A model generated the notes under the pieces. The model ran no database searches. It saw nothing but the letters and a program-made list of their open reading frames with translations, and had not been told where the DNA came from. The position numbers were made by a program, and so were the translations under genes. A stretch of 63,509 bases of DNA, the filler included, from Choristocarpus tenellus KU-1152 (lineage: Eukaryota; Protista; Phaeophyceae), in the NCBI GenBank assembly GCA_964200185.2. It is 12 parts of 12 records of this genome, joined end to end, with 100 filler letters (N's around TTAATTAATTAA, not from the genome) between each part and the next. Parts side by side here need not be neighbours in the genome. Positions count along the whole stretch, not along the records: positions 7,957 to 12,276 come from CAXNAD020015131.1; positions 12,377 to 23,156 come from CAXNAD020002713.1; positions 23,257 to 25,777 come from CAXNAD020027107.1; 9 more parts are not named here. The stretch is one strand, 5' to 3'. Each line of letters opens with the position of its first letter. The stretch's first letter is position 1. Of this stretch, positions 11,970 through 24,532 are shown in pieces.

Positions 11970-14900
11970 CTGAGATCACACAAAAAAAACAGTGCTGTTA
12001 TAATCAGTATCGATGCCCTCATCCTACTATCCCTACTGCAGCAACTATCCAGGTAAGCCTTGCCCCCTGGATGGGTTGCATGGACAAAAATATTAGGTAC
12101 CTATAATCTAAATCAATTATAAGCTGCTTGCACTAATGCTACACCCACAGTTCAGACATCAGTACTATCAAGAAGGGTGCTTGAGTGCTTATGTGTTGGG
12201 GGCTTGTATTAATACAACAGCATTGTACCAATAATGTGTGGGTATGGTACCCTACAGTCTGACGATACCCTGCATGNNNNNNNNNNNNNNNNNNNNNNNN
12301 NNNNNNNNNNNNNNNNNNNNTTAATTAATTAANNNNNNNNNNNNNNNNNNNNNNNNNNNNNNNNNNNNNNNNNNNNCAAGTCTTGGGAACACCAGGTTTT
12401 TTAACAATTGATGTTAATTCAAGTGAGAGATCCAGCATACCTGACGACTTGTGCATCAGGAGTCCTATACGTACATCAGTATCATCTATAGGCCCGTAGA
12501 TTGGAGCTATACATCCTGTGGAGGTAAGCTTTCTGGGGCGCCTGTAACATACATACATACATACATATATGAATGCTTTTAAGATTGGTAGGGCGTTGTG
12601 CCATCCCCTCTTGTTCTAAGGTGATATTATCCTTGTGTAGTATTCATAGCGAGATAGAGGAAGGAGGTATGTACACCATCCGCTGCTGGTATGTATCTCC
12701 TCGTACATGTCATTGCAACACACAGCATACGGATACTTGGCATATCGGTTCTGGTTGCAGTAATTCCAAATGATGTTTTTAGCGGATTATATTCCTAACC
12801 CAAAATCCTTATCCAGTTGTGATATGAGCCCAACCTATTTAGAGTTAGGCAGGTTTGGACCCGTTTGCATTCTAATCCACCCTTCTTACCCTATATTAGT
12901 ACCAATAGGTTATTCGTCTGGGGTTGTCCCGTCATATCTTTTGATATAGACATTGCATTTAAAACATAAAAGCATATTCGTGATGCCTGTCACAATGCCC
13001 TCCAGAGTTCGGGCTTCGTTTTTGTTTTTCGCCATTTTTCCTTTTTTGGAAGAAAGAGTGCTCATATTGGGGTTCGAACCAGGGATTGTAGGTCACCAAG
13101 AGTGGTAACAGATACACTATTGCTTTATTAAGTATAGGGTTTGGGGTACGAAAAACGCCTTCCTAATCTTTCTTCCTGTGTTCTCGAACCCACTCTTTGA
13201 CCTTGGGAAGGATGTTCCTTCGAGGCCCAGAACGAAACGCCTCTCGTCACGCCCTTGCTCCGACACCTTGATGTGACCCTTAGTTAGGAAGTCTCTCTCC
13301 CATTTACTCGCAGTTTCCGACCTTACCATCGCATATCCTGCTCCCATCTCGAGTGCTGTTTGTTGGTCTTTTCCGTCGTTCATTCACAGGTACAGGATTC
13401 GCAGTGTTAGAGCCTTTATTATCACATTTCCTCGTTGAGCGCCGGAAATGGGTTACCTTCTTTCGGGCTTCAGAGCCCTTGTAGCCTAACCCTAATACCT
13501 TCTTTCTAGTTTCCTAAGCTACTCTGGCTCACATAGCTTCCAAACAGCTAGGACCTGCGGCAACTGTCGACTACGAAGATATTCTACACCCGGGTTTTCG
13601 CTTAGGCGTTTACTGAGCGTAATGACACGCAGTCGCACTGCTCTCCTCCCCAACCTTCCCTTCGGCCGGTCACTCTGGTTCTCCCTTCGCCTCGATGTGC
13701 CCATGTATATTGTGTGTAAATGGATTGCCGAGTTGATTACGGGACTGATGTTATACTTTTAGGTGTTAGATGTAAGTGTTAGACGAAGGCTTATTCCATT
13801 TCTGCAGGCATGTTACACCTTTCCGTCATCCTTTCGCCTGATTCACAATTGACTAGGGGGGTGCTAGGAACACTCCCGTTTCTTCTTGATTCAGCAGGCA
13901 CGCTCTAAATATGCCGGTACTGCTTCCGTCTTTAAACATCCCTTACAATGTACCCCTATCAATCAAAACGAAGTAATTAATCATTCACTCGTACAACACC
14001 ACACGTTGTACATATAAATCTAAGGACCAAGTACTCACCCTAACCCTTGTGTAATGTACCCGAAAGCTTTACTGCTTTGCTGTGGGCACAAGGCACTCCT
14101 ATATATCCCATGCACCCCTTCATGCCCATGTATCCTTTGATAAGAGTGATGCCTTTGCGTGTCATACGTTGTCGTTATAGTAGTTAGTGTCATGAGGCAT
14201 AGTCACATTGGTTTGGTCCTTGTTACTGATTCTTCACTTTGCTTTTCCTTTCCCCTTGTGCATACACTGCTGGAATCAAGCGATCCATCCCTTCCACATA
14301 AATACTTCAAGTGGACTTCAAGTGAGTCAAAGTAAACGAGAGGTACCCAGAGTTGTATCTGAAGGGTGCTGACAAATATTTGAAAAATAAATATTTTCTT
14401 ACGAATATGTAGAGGACAATCTCCAGGTCACATTGTCGTATAGTTACGATTGATATGTGCTACCTTAATGGGGGGTCTAGTGTTGGCATTTTGAGTACTA
14501 GAATTTTAAGAAGTCTTTTACTTTATGCCCGATTCCCCATGCCTGAAATGCAGCAAACATCTCTTGGGAGGCTGTGAGTATAGAAGAGGAGATACACACT
14601 TCCCAATATAAGTGTGAAATCTCTCTTCTGAGCGCATGAAAAGTTCACGTAGCAGAAGGCAGTCACAGGGACTCAATACTAATCAATACCCCTATCTAAG
14701 ATAGGATAGCTCTTCTAGCAATAACAACTACAGTATCCAAAGTCCTCTTGTGTTTGTAGTATTTACTTTCCTTTTTTCCCATCTCCTCTGACACGTTCAC
14801 TATCTCTGCAATAGTGTAAGATTCTTCTGATGCTACATGGTCAACAAAACATTGTTTCTATTCCGAAAAAACTCAATTCTAGAAAAATAAAATACCGTTG

Positions 14901-15260
14901 TCTTTCGAAAGAGATACAATGTTGAGGGACAAAACGAATCTTTCTAGCTTTCTTTAAAACCTCTTTGTCCCACTAAGTTCATTTTTTCTCTATATTGAAG
15001 ACGTCAAAGAATGTATAGAGTTTGCAAAAATGCTTGATCACTGTTCTCTTAATTCAGTATTTTTCACCCCCATAATTGACAAAAACAAGACCACAATACC
15101 TTATTAGGTCTAACTTGGGAGGCTAGGCCAACTGTAGTATCCTGTGCCTACCTATGCAGTGCTTCCATGTTATTGTGGTGGCTGGTGGTTCAGAAGAGAT
15201 TTGATGCCGGAATTGGGAAGGTGGGTTGGACTAGAAGTGGACGGATTCTATGATTCATGA

Positions 15261-15514
15261 AAGTCAAAGTAAGTGAGAGGTACCCAGTGTTTCACTTCTA
15301 TTGATGTCTGCAAATATGTGCATATTTCAGATTTTTTCCCAACGTGTACAAAATATTTTCTGAATGACGTCAAAATATATCAAATGATAGAGAACACTCT
15401 CAAGTAAAAGTTAGCACTTCATCCATAAAAATATGGGTCAATTGCAAAAGATTGAAAAACTGGCTTACAAAGCAAAATGGTTAAAAACTGGGTACCTCTT
15501 GTTTACTTTGGCTC
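15261..15514 (+). mobile_element. MITE family C copy (~254 bp)
   Basis: TIR AAGTCAAAGTAAGTGAGAGGTACCCAG ... CTGGGTACCTCTTGTTTACTTTGGCTC; the same left end occurs at 14324 and 43609; flanks TGA/TGA. Confidence 0.75.
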
Positions 15515-15669
15515 TGACTCAAGTTCCACCAGAAAAACACTTGCCAAGTCTACACCCGTTGGTCAAATTTGATCAAAGTTCTTCTAATACACATTATGGC
15601 AAACAAAATATTGTGCTCATGTCCCAAAAAAGGGTAATTTATCGAAAAATCGACACAATTATCATCTTT

Positions 15670-15927
15670 GAGTGAAAGTATCTTAGAGGGTTGGAGTTTT
15701 GCCCTGTTTGTCCATTTCGGGCTTGGCTTCCCTCGGGGTTTTTGTGTCATTTACCTACTCCGAAATATTTCGGAGTAGGTAAAATGTGTACATTATGAAA
15801 AGATGTGTCCGGAATGAGGATATTGGCAGTACCTAACAAACACAATAGCTAAAATTATATCTAAATCGCAACATTGGATTTTGGCCCCCAAATGGACGCA
15901 GCTCTACCCTCTAAGGTACTTTGGCTC
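15670..15927 (+). mobile_element. MITE family A copy (258 bp), TSD CTTT
   Basis: TIR GAGTGAAAGTATCTTAGAGGGT ... ACCCTCTAAGGTACTTTGGCTC; central palindrome; a paralogous empty site at about 16021-16055 confirms a 4-bp TSD. Confidence 0.92.
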
Positions 15928-16436
15928 CTTTCCGAAAAGATCACTATACTATTTAGTGACCAAAAGATTTGTTCATGTTCACTATAGCATACTAAAATGA
16001 TAATTTATCTCAAAATTGACACAATTATCTTCTTTACGAAAAGATCACTATACTATTCAAAGACGAAAAGACTTGTTCTAGCTCTTAAGGAACTCTTCAT
16101 GCACTAAAGGAACTGTTTACACTATAGTATTGGTCTCAACAAATATTTTTCATGAATTTACAAATGGTTAAAAAAATGGATTGGTCACTATTCTTGTATT
16201 TAGTTATTTTTCACCCCCCTTGAAGTTTACCTTAGCCATAATGGACGAACAAGCCACGGCAACACCTCATTAGTCAACTGCCTTTTTTGGAACTATTTCT
16301 ACACTCTTTGGTATCTTTAACGGAGAGAAAAAAAAAATAGTGGACAAAGAGGTTTTTAAGAAAACTGGAACGATTCTTTTTGTCCCGAACATTATCTCTT
16401 TGGAAAGATGATAACTGGGTTAATTTTTATATGATT

Positions 16437-16617
16437 GGCTCAAAGTATCTGGGGGGTGGGGGTGGCGCGGCAGCTGTCTATTCGGGGCCCATATTTCCAT
16501 GTTGTGGTTTTCGGGTGATTTGGTTGCATGTGTCGGATGGATAATGTAAGTGCACTTCTCCTGGTCAGGACCCGAATGGACACCCTTGTGTGGACCCCTC
16601 CCCAGATACTTTGAGAC
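16437..16617 (-). mobile_element. MITE family B copy
   Basis: Reverse-orientation copy of 1136-1316 with CAAAGTATCTGGG TIRs. Confidence 0.85.
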
Positions 16618-16792
16618 ATCGATTATTTTTTTTTGGAGTAGGAACATGATGCTTTGTTTCACCGTTTGGAATCTACAAGAATGTTCATCACATTAATTCT
16701 GAAACGCCAGTCACAGCGACAACAGAATGGGGCAGGTACATTCGGACAATAACATGATGTTCTATATGGGCCTTTAAATGTTACAATGTGGA

Positions 16793-17218
16793 AATCTCGG
16801 TAGGACCCCCATGTTACAACACGCTCCAGAAGATTACCTCTACAGGATGTGTAGCTCTAATCCAATGATCTTAAAACGACACTACGTTTTTTTTTTCACG
16901 GTTGATAGCCACGTGCGGGTGTCAGCCACTCTTCTCTCGATGCTTCACTTGGTGCTTAGCTCAAAGTTTGATGTAATGCTTTAATCGAGAAATAAAAGAA
17001 AGCGAGCAAGAATACAATTAGTGACAAATCAAAGTATTCTTATATTTACGTCATCCACTCCATTTCTACAGACTACAAGTCGAAAGACATCTGCCAGCTG
17101 TTGCATACGTACTCAAATTACAAATCTTTCCTATAACTTCTAAGAAACTGGTATGCATTCTGTAAGATTACAATTTTTTACGTGTGTATACTGCTTGCGC
17201 TTGCTAGAACACGAGAAG
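16793..17218 (-). mobile_element. Ty3/gypsy 5' LTR remnant with tRNA-Gln PBS
   Basis: Minus strand: LTR ends ...TGTAACA (16812) followed directly by TGGGGGTCCTACCGAGATTT; homologous to 26343-26945 and 54622-55027; truncated by the copia LTR at 17219. Confidence 0.7.
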
Positions 17219-17493
17219 TGTCAAGATTATGCTTGACCATTTGTCAGAATATGATTTGAAGTAATACTTTATGTACACATAGACGATGATGCAGGACCTT
17301 CGTTATTTAGGCGGGGTATTTGACCAGAAGTAATTGGCGGAATGTCAGAGTTTGAGTGTTTCTGACATGTACTAGAGAACTGCGGAGTCATTTGGTATTC
17401 TGAGTCATTTACTGCAAGGATTGGTAAGCCCCACCTAGTGATGGTATTTCACTCTCTTCTCAACTGTGATACAAGCTAATAAACAATAATATA

Positions 17494-17661
17494 GGAATCA
17501 AAGTATCTGGGGGGGTGGGGGGGGTGGTTTGTGAGGGGGCGTCCGTTTCGGTCAAGCAACTCTTTCTTTTGCTGACATTTCAAATATGACACATGCGACC
17601 AAATCACACCAAAAAAGTGAAAAACGGACACCGACACCCCCCCCCATAGATACTTTGACCC
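17494..17661 (+). mobile_element. MITE family B variant inserted in the copia 5' LTR
   Basis: Absent from the 3' LTR (empty site ACAATTATATAACTGG near 22032); ATA duplicated. Confidence 0.85.
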
Positions 17662-20625
17662 ATAACTGGTTGTGTGGGACAACAGATCCTCAAGGACAGC
17701 TTAACATGCTATAGCACTCTATAAGTGTGCTTGTGTAGTTAATATACTTGGATTTTAGCTATCACTAGGAAGGAGTCAAGATAAAATATGATGCCCAGAT
17801 CAAGATTCGTTACAAGTCTAAACTCAGTTGATAATGGAATGGAAGAACCGTCAATGACCCGAGGGGGGGTGAGATGTATGATGGGACATCATCTTTGCAA
17901 GGGGGCGAGGTTAGGGCTGGGGCTAGAGATACGGTGACCGTGGGTGCTAGACCCGTATTTGCCCCGAAATTAAAGAATTATTCCTCAAAACTACCTGCGT
18001 TCAAGGGGGAACCAGTAATGTGGAGGAAGTGGAGCAAAATGTTTCTTACACACACTCTCTCATCGGGATGGAGGGAGCCACTGGTAACTAAGGAGCATCT
18101 GAGGGTACTGTCGTTGGAGTATTCCCCGACGGGTGTAGAGCCGTATCTTCACCATGCGACGACGTATGCGATTAATGGACGGCAGGAAGCGACGGCAGGA
18201 CCTGCTTTGGATATCGTGCCGATGTATGAATCTCCGAGTGAGTTGTTCGCCACACTGGTCAAGATCTATGTTCATTCTGGACGAATGGAGAGAAATCTCT
18301 TGAAACAGCAATTGATAGGCATGGTGCTGGGGACTGGGGGAGATCCTGCTGACATCATTAACCGACAGGAGGCTCTTATAATGGAGCTGAAGAGCTTGGG
18401 AGGTTCCGTGACGGAGGAAGATCGAGTGGGTTGGCTACAAAATTCTCTTGGTGAGGAGTATCTGGATATCTTGTCCCAGATAAATGATGGCGATTCGGCA
18501 GAGGGGCGGATAAAACTGGAAAAGCTAGTCCTGAAGAGATATTGACTGCGCTCTATTCAAAGGGGGACGGAATCGGCTGGGGTGAGAGCTGGTACACTGG
18601 TGGCAGGACGGCAACCCAGATGCACTGATGGAAAATCCAATTGTTGGGAATATGGTGGACCTCACTTCCAATCTAAGTGCCCACAAATCAAGAAGCGGAA
18701 GGCGAGTGAAGGGAGTATTACTTGCTTTGTCCACGGGGAAATAGGACATCAAAGCTTCGCATGTCCGCAAAGAAAATTGGGATTGTCAAGGGGTCTGGAA
18801 TCTTCAATCATTCAGAAGAAGAAGAATCGGAATCGGATGGGGGGGAATGGTTCTAAGAACAAGGGAGGAGGACCAAAATCGGATGGATCTGGCGAAGGAC
18901 AACCAAGATTGGGAGTTGTTCCAGTAATAATCAAATGAGTTATCTTGTTAGTAAGGTAAAATCACTTCCCTTCAAGAGACCTTCATGGGTTGAGGTTTGG
19001 ATTTGGGACAGTGGAGCCACACATGATTTTACGATGACCATTAAAAACATGTTTAGTTGGGCATCTTGTGATGAAACAGTTGCAGTTGGAGGTGGTGGAA
19101 CACTTGACATTGTGGGGAAGGGGGACATCAAATTGGAATATGTTCTAAGTGGTAAACTGGAGACAGTTGTATTCACTAACGTACTTGTGGTGCCTGATCT
19201 TGGTGTGAACTTGTATTCAGGGTCAAAAACGGATGCCGGCACCCCCCCCCCAGATACTTTGACCCTCTTCCAAGGTTTGCATGCGAGATGATCACAGTTT
19301 CCGGTCTGTCGACTCAACTAGAATATCAACTTTTAGGGACAGCAGGGAAAGAAATCTCACTTCACGTCATTGGGGGAGGAGGAATTATTCTCGCTAGGAA
19401 TGCACAGAGTGAGTGTGAGGAATGGCTCCGATTCTACCAATGCCCCTACCACCGATGCAACGTCCGTTTCTGGCACACCAAGAATTAACTTGACCTGGAA
19501 AACTGCGTCGATGGATGTGAATGAGATGCACACGCAATTAGGTGATGTTCATCAGGGGTTGGACAGGAAAGACGATTCGGCGCAAAACATTTTGTTGACT
19601 GGGACATGGGGTTTATCTTGTTGAGGTTGCCCACTCGACAAGGCTCATAGGCATCCAATTCCAAAGGAGATGGAGAATCGCGCTTCGGTAAAGGGGGAAG
19701 ATGTTTATGTGGACTCGACTGGAGCGAACGTCAGAGGAGGATGATGTGATTGATATCTGATGATCTCGCCCAGGAGGGGGCTAGAGGAGTCGATTTTGCA
19801 CAGGATGAGACTGGAGGTATTGACCTAACCCACACTGGGGCTAGAGATGTCGATTTCACTCGAGAGGGAAGTGGAGGTGATGTCGATTGTGGAGGATCGA
19901 TGTTTGACACTACTACATCAGTGGAGGATACTGTAGCGAAGTGTACGCTTCCCCCTGAGGGGGTTGAAGAGAATGCCAAAGTCCCAGGAGGGATTGTTGG
20001 GGGGGAGGGACCCACTCCAAAGATGACACAGGCAGTTATTGATCCAGGGGGGACAACAAGTACGAATGCAAAATTAGAGTCCCAATATATGGATTTTGGG
20101 GTAGGGCATTTGATGACTAAGGACGTTGAACCAGGTCTGAGTGGGACTATGGATGAGTCCAGTCAAAATGCTTCTAAGAAAGTTCTGCTAGGTCCAGTGA
20201 TAGCAGGAAATGCAATAGGGTTGGTGATGGAGAAAAGGGAGTTAGGTGAACGGTTGAACACTGACATTGGTGATATGGACCCAGTGTCACAGCAGGGGAG
20301 TGTGAGGAACAAAGTGCTGGGACATGTGGATCCGAATAATGACCCTACTTCTGAACCGGGTGAACTAATGGAGTTACCTGGAATTTGGCCGGGAATTGAA
20401 AATGCGAGAGGCAATGGAGTCAGAGGAGTGGTCTTTGTGGAATGGGGCTGTGGACGAGGTATTGGGTATACAAAACAGACATTCAAAGATCCAATTTACT
20501 TAACTCACTAAGTTGGGACTATATTTTCGACCAGGGCACGTGGATGAAAGAGAGAGAGTGCAGAGGTCCAATGCGGGAGTAGGACGATTGGAAGGAGAAA
20601 GAGAATGGAGCAGGAGGGACCTGTT

Positions 20626-20881
20626 GAGTGAAAGTATCTTAGAGGGTACAAGTTTTTCCCTGTTTGTCCATTTGGGGCTTTGCTTCCCATGGGTTCTTTT
20701 ATGGCATTTTCCTACTCCAAAATGTTTAGGAGTAGGTAAAGTGTGTATGTTCTGAAAAGGTGTGTCTGGAACATGGATATTGACACTTCCTAACAAACAC
20801 AGCCAATATTACATCAAAATCGCAACATTGGATTTTGGCCCCCAAATGGACGCGGCTCTACCCTCTCAGATCCTTTGACTC
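20626..20881 (+). mobile_element. MITE family A copy in copia pol
   Basis: Family A TIRs and body; flanks TGTT/TGCT. Confidence 0.9.
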
Positions 20882-22291
20882 TGCTCCAGACAACTATAGA
20901 TCTATGATAGGTGGTATCTAAATGTGGGTATCAATCATGACAAGGTCTGATGTAGCATCAGAAGTAAGGAGCCTAGCGATGCAGTTTGTGAATCCCACAG
21001 TGATGGATTGGAGTGGGGCTGAAAGAGGAATTGCTTATTTGTTGAGGACAAGTAAGTGGGGTTTGGCTTTTTGGTGATTTCAGTTTTTACAGGAATGCAC
21101 ATAGGGACCAACTCGTTGGCTATGCTGATGCAGACTACGCCAATGGTGTGATTTAAAGATTTTCTGTGTCTGGTGGCGTGGTGATGTTTGGGGGTGCATG
21201 TGTGAGCTGGTGGTTAAAAAAAATGCAGAAACCTGTTGCTTTATCTACCACTGAGGCTGATTATGTGTCGTTGTGTGATTTGGCCAATGAGGTTATGTTT
21301 TTTTGCAAGTCCTTTTTTTTTTGGAGCCAACTATGCACAATTAATTGTGTACGATTGCTTGAAGAAAATAGTGGGGCAATCAAGTTGGCTGAGAAGACAG
21401 CTTCGGGGGGTAGAACAAAGCATATAGATACTAGATATCATTATGTTAGAAACTTGGTGAAGGAGGGGAAGGCACAGATTGTGTACGTAGACTCCAGTGA
21501 ACAACATGGAGATTTGTTCATGAAGGCTTTGAGTGGTAATGTGTTTGAATTCCACACTAGAACTATCATGCACTGTGAGTAAGTGGTAGTGTGCAGATTG
21601 AGTTCATTGGATTCATGATGCATGAACAGAGCAGGGGAATGTGTCAAGAGTTTGCTTGTCCATGTGTGGGAATAAGATTCGAAGTGTGCAGATTGAGTTG
21701 ATTTCAAGTTGGGATTTATTGCTGGACTGATTTGATTCTCACTGCATAGTCAGAGCAGGGGAGGGTGTCAAGATTATGCTTGACCATTTGTGAGAAAATG
21801 ACTTGAAGTAATATTTTATGTACGCACAGACGATGATGCAGGACCTTCGGGGTATTTAGGCAGGGTAATGTGACCAGAAGTAATCGGCGGAATGTTAGAG
21901 TTGGAGTGTTTCTGACGTGTACTAGAGAACTGTTGAGTCATTTTGTATTCTGAATCATTTACTGTAAGGATTGGTGAGCCCTTCCTAGTGATGGTATTCA
22001 CTCTCCTCTAAACTGTGATACAAGCTAATAAACAATTATATAACTGGTTGTGTGGAATAGCAGATCGCAACCATTCAACACCAACCATGATCAGCTATCG
22101 GCATTGATATTATTCCGATATCCATCATTCTGATACATTGAGAGAGTGGTCAAGGACCGCAGACAAGGCTAAGGATCGCTAGGGGGGCAGTCAAGAGTCA
22201 AAGTAGCCATCACCTGACATCTGTGTATCAGAGGTTTTGAGATAATGATCATATGTCCATGATCAAAAATTCTGGATTAGTGGTTATATAA

Positions 22292-22550
22292 GAGTCAAAC
22301 CAAATGAGATGTAGGCAGGTTTGGGCCCCTTTGCGTTCTAAGTCATCTTTCTTACCCTGTGCAATAGACTCTCTTTCAGTGCTTTATGTGCATAATAGTG
22401 TACGCAAAAATTATATCCCCCCTTTCCACACACAAAGTGACACCACAATTCAGCAAAGGTTCTTTCTGAAATTATACAAAATGGCGTCTTTTTGTGCTTT
22501 CTAGGCATCCTTAAAATGCAGCCCTGCCTACCTCCCAATTGGTTTGGCTC
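22292..22550 (+). mobile_element. MITE family D copy
   Basis: GAGTCAAACCAAATGAGATGTAGGCAGG ... CCTGCCTACCTCCCAATTGGTTTGGCTC. Confidence 0.85.
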
Positions 22551-23796
22551 AAAATCAATCAAATCCAACTGATCTCAATGTGTACGTGATCACCTGTCAA
22601 CCCCTCAACACCCAGAAGCTCCCCCCCCTCCCATTATATGAATTTTTATTATGTCCCCTGACATGGAATACAAATTGTAGAAACAAGAAAAATATAAGGG
22701 TAGAAGGAAACAAAATCTAATAGCACAATAGAGACTGGAGAAGAGGAGAGAACCTATGAAGAAAACAACCAACATAATAACCACAGAAAGGACTTCAATA
22801 TTATATCAAACACACCAACTAAGTATAACAGGATCCCTTGAGCCCAGAGTTGCTCATTGGAACCCATAGTGACATTTCCTACAAGTTGGGGGTTCTTTGC
22901 CTGTAGACATCTGTGAGACAGAAATAAAAAAAAATCTCATGCACACTGCAATTTATCATTGGTGAGGAGCTTTTTGAAAGAAACCTTATCTCTCGTCATG
23001 TCGTGCGGGTACGGATCCTCTAATAATGTTACAACATGCTCCAAAAGGTTACCTCCACAGGATGTGTAGCTCTAATCCAACAACCTTAAAATGACGCTAG
23101 GGGGGGGGGGGGGGAATTGTCACCGTTGATCGCCATTGGCGGGGGGCGGTCACTCTNNNNNNNNNNNNNNNNNNNNNNNNNNNNNNNNNNNNNNNNNNNN
23201 TTAATTAATTAANNNNNNNNNNNNNNNNNNNNNNNNNNNNNNNNNNNNNNNNNNNNGGTGGATTTCGGTGTTGCGTTGGTTTTGAGAATTTTTAAGTAAT
23301 GGTAGTAATGGTGATAGAGACCTCGACCCCCCCCCCCCCTTGATAAATGAAAAAAAATGCTCTGTAGAGTTAGACTTTTCCCCCACCCAAATCAAGATGT
23401 TGAGGTCTACCGACAGGATCACATTTATTCCAATAATGATAATAATGATGATAATATATTGTAGTTGATTCAGTAATATTGAATTGATGTGTGGGTACTG
23501 ACTGCAGTCAAGGCCCTTCTTTGGATCTGCTATTTTTTTCATCTCTGCCTGTCAAGCAACTTACAGCACATTGACGTAGTAGCAACTATGGAGTTCACTC
23601 TGTACAGGGGAAGGAAGTAGTCCAGTTTGTGTGCGTGTGTGTTCCCTGGTTTGGTTTGAGAATGGAGGGGGGTCGCTCTGCCTGCAGTCTTGTTCCTTTG
23701 TGCTTGCTGCGGTGGGAACCTTGAGAGGCGTTATTCTTGTAGGCAAGCAGCAGCTCTGTCGTTCTTCATTTGAAGGAAAAAGAATCAGTTGAAAAA

Positions 23797-23835
<39 letters not shown>

Positions 23836-24173
23836 CATATGTATTTCTAGAAAAGAGGAATGCTGCTCGGTAATAGTGTGTGTCGTAACGTGGCATGTTT
23901 TTATTTAGTTAAAAATATATATATATACATAAATATATATATATATATATTTATTATCTAGTTGTATTTTGTTCCTCTAAAAAAGAGTTATTGCATGTTA
24001 ATACGCACGCTCTGTAGTAGTAGCATTGAACTACGCAGTGCAACTTGAAGAGCTCAAAAAGAAGTGATACCCACTAATATATATGGCATTTGTAAATAAT
24101 AAAATATATGTATACGTTTTTGCCTCTAGAATGTATCAGTATTATGTATGTATGAATGCATCATAAAGAATTA

Positions 24174-24206
<33 letters not shown>

Positions 24207-24265
24207 GTTGTACTCGAACAATATATACTTCATGTTAATAACACACTGATGTTAATAAACTGAAG

Positions 24266-24498
24266 GTGGCTTGTGGGTTTGCATACACCGCGGCGGTTAC
24301 GATTGGTGGAGATCTTTACACCTGGGGGGCAGGGGAGAACGGAAGACTGGGCTTGGGAGATGTGCAGGTTCGGACTAGAGGAAAATAAGAAATAGGTCTT
24401 TAGTTTCTTTTTTTTTGCTCTTAAAAAAAAAAAATCCAATCTAATTTTGTTTCGCTTCTAATCCCAAAAAAGTGTTTTAAGCGGGTTGGTCAGTGTTG

Positions 24499-24532
<34 letters not shown>

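Larger units (their letters stand above)
14820..16680. mobile_element. Long-TIR (foldback-like) element hosting nested MITEs
   Basis: About 14836-15035 is a degenerate reverse complement of about 16280-16660, the right arm being interrupted by MITE B at 16437-16617; ends approximate. Confidence 0.55.
17219..22048 (+). mobile_element. Decayed Ty1/copia LTR retrotransposon
   Basis: Direct-repeat LTRs 17219-~17690 and 21766-~22048 starting TGTCAAG; PPT AGAGCAGGGGAGGG before the 3' LTR; gag with zinc knuckles (CFVHGEIGHQSFAC), protease WIWDSGAT, RT thumb remnant (MTRSDVA), RNase H (YADADYA...VALSTTEADY...RTKHIDTRYH); stops and frameshifts; MITE insertions at 17494, 19220, 20626. Confidence 0.92.

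Noticed and set aside
15433-15750. Recurrent short ORFs such as MGSQAPNGQTGKNSYPLRYFHS (also 20508, 53118, 60300, 60898, 61862)
   Set aside because: Chance translations of MITE A; frames are not conserved between copies.
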